DNA from: Candidatus Uhrbacteria bacterium
Lineage (GTDB): Bacteria > Patescibacteriota > Patescibacteriia > JACQRZ01
DNA length: 32,331 bases
Direction of reading: 5' to 3'
NCBI GenBank assembly: GCA_016206235.1
Contig: JACQRZ010000015.1
Location: forward strand, 1-32,331
Below the pieces are notes generated by a model. The model was given only the letters and a program-made list of their open reading frames with translations. It made no database searches and had not been told where the DNA came from. Numbering within the stretch: position 1 is the first letter of the stretch; every line of letters starts with the position of its first letter. Below, piece after piece: positions 24,595 through 31,037 of the stretch. The position numbers and the translations under genes are program-made.

Positions 24595-25293
24595 ATGACC
24601 GAACAACAACATAAAAAAAGATTTTTTTGGATCTATGCAATGATTCTTCTCATTCTTGCCCCCGTATTTACAAAAAGCATGCTTGACTATAATGAAACGC
24701 TTACTAAGGAAGTTGTTTCAGTAACTCTTACAAAAGAGCAGCGCGAGGAACTGCTCAAAGAAATACGCGAGGCGTCTGAAGAAGTAAAGAAAAGGAATGA
24801 TGATAAGAATTCAGCATATTTGAAACTTGGATCAGCATATGAGCGTATGGGGTATAGGGCAAAAGCTGTGTCTGCGTATAAAGAAGTGTTAGAAATGGAT
24901 ACTATGAACGTTTCCGCCCTTGTATCGCTTGCGAGTTTGCAAGAAAAAATGGAGCAAGAGGAGGAGGCAGAAAACAGCTATAAACGACTGGTAGAAATAC
25001 AACCAAATGCAAGAAATTATAATCTCTTGGCTGGATTTGTTTTGCAGAGAAAGAACGATGTCAGCTCCGCGCGGGCACTCTATTTAGAGGGGCTACAAAA
25101 AACAAATAGCGATACTCTTCTTATGAAATATTTTGCGAGTTTTCTTGAAAGTATTGGTGATCGATATGAAGCGTATTTGTACTGGGATGCTGTATATAGA
25201 AGAGAGTCTTCAAATACAGAAGTGAAAAATAATGTGGAGCGTTTGAAAGTAATAGAAGCTGATGTAATAAAGGCGACAGAGAAGGTGAAATAA
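24595..25293 (+). CDS. N-terminally membrane-anchored TPR-repeat protein (same architecture as 19740-20432)
   Basis: 232 aa. TM segment FFWIYAMILLILAPVF, then TPR-like helices (AYLKLGSAYERMGYRAKAVSAYKEVLEMDTMNVSALVSLASL...). Confidence 0.8.
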   Translation: MTEQQHKKRFFWIYAMILLILAPVFTKSMLDYNETLTKEVVSVTLTKEQREELLKEIREASEEVKKRNDDKNSAYLKLGSAYERMGYRAKAVSAYKEVLEMDTMNVSALVSLASLQEKMEQEEEAENSYKRLVEIQPNARNYNLLAGFVLQRKNDVSSARALYLEGLQKTNSDTLLMKYFASFLESIGDRYEAYLYWDAVYRRESSNTEVKNNVERLKVIEADVIKATEKVK

Positions 25294-25363
25294 GCTAGTA
25301 ACGAGTAACGGGTAACGAGTAATTGAAATTGGATATTAAGTATTGAAATGCTATACTTTATTC

Positions 25364-27430
25364 ATGATAAAGAGAGGTAAACCTTTTCGTTTTTGTAGTA
25401 TTTTACTCACCCTTGCTATGTCGGTTGGGTGGTTTTTTAGCGCATTTCAGAACGTCTATGCGGCCCAGGTTGTCCCTAATGATCCATTATTTCCTAAACA
25501 GACATACTTAACGGAAATGAATGTTCCGGATGCATGGCAGTTCACAACCGGATCAGCGCAAACCGTGGTTGCCGTGCTTGATTCTGGTGTTGATATGTAT
25601 CATCCTGATCTCCGCGCAAACATTTGGACAAACGTCGGAGAAATTCCTGGTGATGGCATTGATAATGATAACAATAGCTATATTGATGATGTTAACGGCT
25701 GGGATTTTATTACCGAAACGCCAGATCCCACACCGAAGTTTAGCGATGATTTTATTGTTGCAGGCGTGCATCATGGCACATTGATTTCCGGGGCCATTGC
25801 AGCTGCAGGTAATAACGGGCTGGGCATCACCGGTATTTCATGGAGATCAAAAATTCTGCCATTGCGCGTGCTCGATAGCAATGGCGAAGGCGATGTGGTA
25901 ACGGTTGTGCAGGCGATTAACTATGCGATTGCTAAAAAAGTAGACGTCATTAATCTCAGTTTTGTTGGCGAGACCGATAGCTCGTATTTACGAGAGGCGA
26001 TCAAGCGTGCGACAGACGCCAATATTGTGGTCGTTGCAGCATCTGGCAACGATTCCGTTCATCGTACAGGAAATAATACAAATACAAAACCCTTTTACCC
26101 TGGCTGCTATAGCCTTTCCAACCCGAGCCTCATCAGTGTCGCATCGCTTGACCACGATGGTGTCAAGGCGAAATTTTCAAACTTTGGTAATTGCATCACT
26201 CTTTCAGCGCCGGGTGTTGAATTTCAGTCAACCCAGGTTGTTCGGTATGATAGAGTAGGATTTGATACCTATTACGGCAGCGGGTGGTCGGGCACATCAC
26301 TTTCAACCGCAACAGTATCTGGTGTTGTTGCGCTCATGCGTTCGATCGATCCTCAACTGAAATCAAAACGCGCTGTGAGTATTTTGAAAGAAACGTGTGA
26401 CTCAATCGAGTTTATTAACTTTAGTTATATTGGGCAGTTGGGATGCGGACGAGTGAACGCGGCACGAGCAGTTGCGCAGGTAGTTACGGAAGCTCAAGTG
26501 AAGAATCCGTCAAATCCCCTATGGAATACATCGGGCACTATTGTCGTCTCGTCTGGAGATGGAAAGCGGCCATTTCAGTTTTTTGATAACAACGGCGCGA
26601 AGCGAACTGATCTCAAAACTACCTTTCTCCCATTTTCGCACACACGCTCATCATTTGCCGTCTACACTGGAATTGCCGGGCAGTTGTATTTGGCAGCACC
26701 CGCGCAGGGAGGCGAACCGTTAGTCAGATTCTACGACAGTAGTTTTACAAAAGTGTATGAGTTCTTGGCATTCGATAAACGATTCCGAGGAGGCGTATCA
26801 TTGGCGGTTGGCGATGTCGACGGCGATGGCATCAATGAGATCGTTGTCGCGGCAGGAGCAGGCGGAGGACCGCACGTGAAAATTTTTGATTCATTCGGAA
26901 ATCTTAAGGGACAATTTTTTGCCTATCACGATTCATTTCGTGGCGGTTTGCGCGTAGCCGTGGGGGATGTTAATAGCGATGGTGTAGCTGAAATTATCAC
27001 AACACCAATAAAAGATATCTTAGGCGATGTGCGAGTATTTACGAGTAAGGGGCATCTTGTAACACAATTTTTTGCCTACGGCATAGGACGAAATGCGCGC
27101 AGTGCTGAGGTTCGTATCGGTGATTTGCTTGGAGATGGAACGAACTCTATTATTACCTCGACAGTGTCTGATGGGGGAGAGGTGCGCATTTTTAACTCCA
27201 TTGGACAGTTTAAAAAATCATTCTTTCCTTACGGTACGTCGTATAGAAATGGCATTTCACTTGCGGTAGGTGATTTGAATCAGGATCACACGGCCGAAAT
27301 TGTCGTTGCGCCCGTTCGCAATGCGGGGCCGCATGTAAGGATGTATAACGGCGACGGACGATTGCTGGGCCAATTTTTTGCCTATGAGAAAAAATATCGA
27401 ACAGGAATACAGGTGCATGTTATACAGTAA
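25364..27430 (+). CDS. Secreted subtilisin-family (S8) serine protease fused to C-terminal FG-GAP/VCBS-type repeats
   Basis: Catalytic boxes VAVLDSGVD (Asp), HHGTLISGAIAA (His) and GWSGTSLSTATVSGVVALM (Ser). The C-terminal half has four or more repeats of the form GDVDGDGINEIVVAAGAGGGPHVKIFD / GDVNSDGVAEIITTP / GDLLGDGTNSIITS / GDLNQDHTAEIVVAP...GPHVRMYN. Start taken at the ATG at 25364 rather than the track's TTG at 25343. Confidence 0.9.
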   Translation: MIKRGKPFRFCSILLTLAMSVGWFFSAFQNVYAAQVVPNDPLFPKQTYLTEMNVPDAWQFTTGSAQTVVAVLDSGVDMYHPDLRANIWTNVGEIPGDGIDNDNNSYIDDVNGWDFITETPDPTPKFSDDFIVAGVHHGTLISGAIAAAGNNGLGITGISWRSKILPLRVLDSNGEGDVVTVVQAINYAIAKKVDVINLSFVGETDSSYLREAIKRATDANIVVVAASGNDSVHRTGNNTNTKPFYPGCYSLSNPSLISVASLDHDGVKAKFSNFGNCITLSAPGVEFQSTQVVRYDRVGFDTYYGSGWSGTSLSTATVSGVVALMRSIDPQLKSKRAVSILKETCDSIEFINFSYIGQLGCGRVNAARAVAQVVTEAQVKNPSNPLWNTSGTIVVSSGDGKRPFQFFDNNGAKRTDLKTTFLPFSHTRSSFAVYTGIAGQLYLAAPAQGGEPLVRFYDSSFTKVYEFLAFDKRFRGGVSLAVGDVDGDGINEIVVAAGAGGGPHVKIFDSFGNLKGQFFAYHDSFRGGLRVAVGDVNSDGVAEIITTPIKDILGDVRVFTSKGHLVTQFFAYGIGRNARSAEVRIGDLLGDGTNSIITSTVSDGGEVRIFNSIGQFKKSFFPYGTSYRNGISLAVGDLNQDHTAEIVVAPVRNAGPHVRMYNGDGRLLGQFFAYEKKYRTGIQVHVIQ

Positions 27431-27503
27431 AGGTTAGAAGGTTGTTAGGTTAGTAGGTTCATAGGAGCCTGCTAACCTTCTAACCTCTTAACCTTTAAAC
27501 CTA
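27431..27503. repeat. Periodic hairpin of the AGGTTAG/CTAACCT type, filling the spacer up to 4 nt before the next ATG
   Basis: Arm 27431-27465 (AGGTTAGAAGGTTGTTAGGTTAGTAGGTTCATAGG) faces arm 27469-27503 (CCTGCTAACCTTCTAACCTCTTAACCTTTAAACCT). The 5-bp AGGTT/AACCT helices recur at 7-8 nt period. Confidence 0.85.
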
Positions 27504-27507
27504 CAGT

Positions 27508-28536
27508 ATGCTGCAACCAAAAGGTGCCGGACGCCCGAATGTGCTTGTTATCGGCGGAGCCGGATTTGTCGGCTCAAACCTCTGCGAATTTTTGCTTGAG
27601 CGCTATAACGTGATTTGTGTTGATAATTTTTTTTCGGGAAAAGAGCAAAATATCGACACGCTGCTTTCACAGCCACATTTTGAATTTATCCGCCACGATA
27701 TCACTGAAAAGCTTGATTTTAAGAATAGTTCCTCGCTCGAGCGTTTTAATGTGGCATTTACTGGCATCCAATACGTCTATTACTGTGCAAGTCCGTCAAA
27801 TCCAACGTTCTTTTTAAAAGCTCCGCTTGAGCTTCTCATGGCAAACTCGGTTGGGGTAAAAAACGCCCTTGATATCGCTCTTTCGTATCGAGCGCGGTTT
27901 ATTCTTGTATCGGACGCATTGGTGTATGGTTCATTGGTTCACCAAAAACCCTCGGAAGACATGGCAGGAGTTGTTGAGCATTCGGATCCGTTGCGGATTT
28001 CCATTCAGGGCAAGCTTTTTGCAGAAAGTCTAGCAGAAAGCTATCAGAAGTTGTACGATCTCGAGGTTTTTATTGTGCGACTTGGAACATCGTATGGCCC
28101 GCGCATGCATCTGGATGACTCGCGATTTGTTCCATTTCTTGCTACCCGATGTTTGCAAAATGAATCGTATACCATTTCAGATGAGATACGCGTTGGTTCG
28201 TATTTGTATATATCAGATGTTGTTGATGCGTTGGAAAAGATTGCGCTTGCAGAAAATAGTTTTTGCGTTTATAATCTTGGCCACGGTTCTGGATATTCCG
28301 TTCAGGAGGTTGTGCAGAGCCTTGCCACGCTAACCGGCACTCATGCGCAATTCAGTCTCGGAAAGCCTGAAGCCTCCGATGCGACTCTGCAGTACGCATG
28401 GCAGGCGCAAACCGCTGAAATGAATATTGAAAAAATAAAAACGGAGCTGGGATGGTTTCCTGTAGTACTTCTTGATGACGGGCTTGAAAAAACGATTGAC
28501 TACATGAAATCCTTGCGAAACGTCCGAGTCCACTAA
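27508..28536 (+). CDS. UDP-glucuronate decarboxylase (UXS)-like extended SDR with substituted catalytic residues
   Basis: 342 aa. Motifs VLVIGGAGFVGSNL (Rossmann), VDNFFSGKEQNI, YGPRMHLDDSRFVPF and LGWFPVVLLDDGL are all UXS-like. However, the TSE box reads SDAL and the YxxxK box reads SIQGK. Confidence 0.8.
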   Translation: MLQPKGAGRPNVLVIGGAGFVGSNLCEFLLERYNVICVDNFFSGKEQNIDTLLSQPHFEFIRHDITEKLDFKNSSSLERFNVAFTGIQYVYYCASPSNPTFFLKAPLELLMANSVGVKNALDIALSYRARFILVSDALVYGSLVHQKPSEDMAGVVEHSDPLRISIQGKLFAESLAESYQKLYDLEVFIVRLGTSYGPRMHLDDSRFVPFLATRCLQNESYTISDEIRVGSYLYISDVVDALEKIALAENSFCVYNLGHGSGYSVQEVVQSLATLTGTHAQFSLGKPEASDATLQYAWQAQTAEMNIEKIKTELGWFPVVLLDDGLEKTIDYMKSLRNVRVH

Positions 28537-28537
28537 T

Positions 28538-28615
28538 GAATGAGTGAAAAGTGAAGAGTGATAAGCGAAAAGGAATTGAACACTCTGCACTTAACACTCT
28601 GCACTTAACACTCAT
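28538..28615. repeat. Periodic hairpin: GAGTGA-type arm at 28538-28567 and (CACTCTGCACTTAA)x2.4 at 28581-28613. Same family as 4614-4676.
   Basis: 14-nt units at 28581-28594 and 28595-28608, then a partial unit at 28609-28613. It ends 6-8 nt before the ATG at 28622. Confidence 0.9.
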
Positions 28616-28621
28616 AAAGAT

Positions 28622-29899
28622 ATGATGGATCACATTCTTCATACGCAGGAAGGGGAACATCATCACAATAAAACAAAAACTCCTTCTCTTTCCACTCGTA
28701 TTCTTATAAGCCTTCTTGTCGGAGGTATTGCAGGTATTGGCGGTGGTATTGCTGGCACCATACTTGCCCCCAAGGTGTTTCATCAATTATCAAAACCTGG
28801 TGCGCCACTGGAAGGCAACACCTTTCTTAAAGTATCTGAGGATTCGGCGACTATTGATGTGGTGAAAAAAGCAGCACCTTCGGTGGTGAGTATTATGGTT
28901 TCGAAAGATCTTTCAAAAATATATGGTCGCACGGGCGTCAATATTTTTCCCTTTGACAGTTTTTTTGACTTGGATTTTCCATTTCAGTTTCGGACTACCC
29001 CGCAAGGCAATGGAGAGGGGCAAAAACAGCAAATAGGTGGCGGTTCCGGATTTATCATCTCGTCCGATGGCATGATCCTCACAAATAAGCATGTCGTGGG
29101 AGATGCTGACGCCGATTATTCTGTTATCACCAATGACGGTAAAGAATACGCTGCAAAAGTGATTGCCAAAGACCCGGTGAACGATTTAGCAATTGTAAAA
29201 ATAGATGCGAAAAATGTGCCAGCGCTTGAGCTTGGGGATTCGAATTCCATACAAATCGGACAGACAGTTATTGCTATTGGCAATTCACTTGGCGAGTATA
29301 GCAATACCGTAACGCGTGGCGTGATCTCGGGCATTAACCGTGTGGTTACCGCAGCAGACGGTAGCGGCGCTATCGAGACACTTCAAGAAGCTATCCAAAC
29401 AGATGCCGCAATTAACCCAGGCAATTCCGGCGGCCCATTACTTAACTTAACGGGGCAGGTTATTGCTATTAACACGGCGATTAACCGATCAGGCCAGTCG
29501 ATTGGCTTTGCGCTTCCGATTAATGTTGCAAAACGTTCGGTGGAGAGCGTTAAAAAGTTTGGTAAAATCATTCGACCATGGCTTGGTGTGCGATATGTAC
29601 TGATTGACGACGAACTTGCACGAAAGAATAATCTCTCTGTTACGTATGGCGCATTGATTGTAGGTAATCCTCAAAAAAAAGAACTCTCTGTTATCCCAAA
29701 CAGTCCGGCAGACAAGGCAGGCTTGCAAGATGGTGATATCATTTTAGAACTCCAAGGCCTGCGAATTTCTCGTGAACATGCGCTTGCAAACGCCATTACT
29801 CAGCATTCACCTGGTGATGAAGTAAAACTCAAAATACTCTCGAAGGGAAAAGAAAAAACAGTAAAAGTAAAATTGGAAGAATTTAAAAGTAACGAGTAA
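28622..29899 (+). CDS. HtrA/DegP-family (S1C) serine protease with a C-terminal PDZ domain
   Basis: 425 aa with an N-terminal TM segment. Catalytic residues in TNKHVV (His), NDLAIVKI (Asp) and GNSGGPLLN (Ser). PDZ-like SPADKAGLQDGDIILEL. Confidence 0.92.
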   Translation: MMDHILHTQEGEHHHNKTKTPSLSTRILISLLVGGIAGIGGGIAGTILAPKVFHQLSKPGAPLEGNTFLKVSEDSATIDVVKKAAPSVVSIMVSKDLSKIYGRTGVNIFPFDSFFDLDFPFQFRTTPQGNGEGQKQQIGGGSGFIISSDGMILTNKHVVGDADADYSVITNDGKEYAAKVIAKDPVNDLAIVKIDAKNVPALELGDSNSIQIGQTVIAIGNSLGEYSNTVTRGVISGINRVVTAADGSGAIETLQEAIQTDAAINPGNSGGPLLNLTGQVIAINTAINRSGQSIGFALPINVAKRSVESVKKFGKIIRPWLGVRYVLIDDELARKNNLSVTYGALIVGNPQKKELSVIPNSPADKAGLQDGDIILELQGLRISREHALANAITQHSPGDEVKLKILSKGKEKTVKVKLEEFKSNE

Positions 29900-29925
29900 C
29901 GAGGAGCTAATAACTAGTAATATAT

Positions 29926-31006
29926 ATGTCTGATATCAAATCATCATTGGCAGAACTTACAGAGAAAGTGCTCCAAGTGCGGAGGTTTCTTTGACATTGA
30001 AAAGAAACGCGCATCAGTCGTGGAATACGAAGCCCTCATGCAAGAGATTGGTTTTTGGAATGATACGGCAAAAGCAAAAAAAATCGCGACAGCGTTAGCC
30101 CAATTGCGAGAGGAAGTAGGCGCATGGGATCGCCTGTTTTCTGATATTCAAAATCTTGAAGAGGTATGCGCTGATGGAGACCAAGAGTTTTCACAAGAAA
30201 TTGAAAAAGAGTTTGAGAACGTTCAAAAGCGTTTTAGCGAGCTTGAGTTTGAAGCGCTCTTTGCCGGCCAGTACGATGCAAACAATGCAATCGTAGCATT
30301 GCATGCTGGCACGGGCGGCGTTGACGCAATGGACTGGACCGAAATGCTCGCGCGCATGTACGCGCGTTTCTGCGAAAAGATGAAGTGGAAGGTAAAAATA
30401 CTTGATGAGCAGCGAGGAGGGGAAGCAGGAATCAAAACAATTACCTTTGAGGTGATCGGAAGGCATGCATATGGACATCTCAAAGCCGAGCATGGCGTGC
30501 ATCGTTTGGTGCGCATATCACCATTTGATGCAGAGGGCATGCGCCATACGTCATTCGCGCTTGTCGAGGTTATTCCAGATATGGGGAGCGCCAAAGAGAT
30601 CGAAGTGCGGCCTGAAGATGTACGTATTGATGTGTTTCGTGCGTCCGGCCATGGCGGTCAGAGCGTGAATACGACCGATTCAGCGGTGCGCATTACACAT
30701 CTTCCAACAGGCATTGTCGTGTCGTGTCAAAATGAGCGATCGCAGCTACAAAATAAGGAAACAGCATTGCGGTACCTCAAAAGCAAACTCCAGAAGCTCG
30801 CTGAGTCAAACACCGAAGAAGAAAAAAAGGCTCTGCGTGGAAGTTACAGTGAGGCCGCATGGGGCAATCAGATACGTTCCTATGTGCTGAATCCGTATCG
30901 TTTGGTAAAAGATCATCGTACACACCACGAGACACAGGATGTGCAAGGAGTGCTAGACGGTGAGATTTTGCCATTTATAGAGACTTTTTTGCGAACAAGA
31001 GTTTAG
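29926..31006 (+). CDS. prfB: Peptide chain release factor 2, expressed through a programmed +1 frameshift: join(29926..29991, 29993..31006)
   Basis: Frame 0 reads MSDIKSSLAELTEKVLQVRRFL and then TGA (29992-29994). The +1 frame continues DIEKKRASVVEYEALMQ..., with the RF2-specific SPF motif (RISPFDAEG) and GGQ (SGHGGQSVNTT). The ORF-track entry 30020..31006 is only the downstream part of this gene. Confidence 0.93.
29981..29995 (+). promoter_or_regulatory. RF2 autoregulatory +1 frameshift site: internal SD-like GGAGG, a 3-nt spacer, then CTT TGA C
   Basis: GGAGG TTT CTT TGA C has the same slippery CUU-UGA-C and the same 3-nt SD spacing as the classical E. coli prfB site (AGGGGG UAU CUU UGA C). 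Confidence 0.9.
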
Positions 31007-31037
31007 GGATCAGCAAAGTATGATATACTAAAAAAAC

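Noticed and set aside
25343-25363. TTG at 25343 (and TTG at 14452) as start codons
   Set aside because: In-frame ATGs at 25364 and 14470 follow within 7 codons. They give sensible N-termini directly preceding the signal or TM segments. This choice remains uncertain.
2141-28615. Short tandem repeats in spacers as possible CRISPR arrays
   Set aside because: The units are 7-14 nt and directly abutting, with no unique spacers. Each array is under 40 nt and has an inverted partner arm. There are no cas genes in the window.
30020-30022. GTG at 30020 as the prfB start
   Set aside because: The upstream frame-0 ORF from the ATG at 29926 ends at the textbook CTT-TGA-C frameshift site with an SD-like GGAGG. 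The +1 frame is open from 29993 and supplies the conserved RF2 N-terminus.
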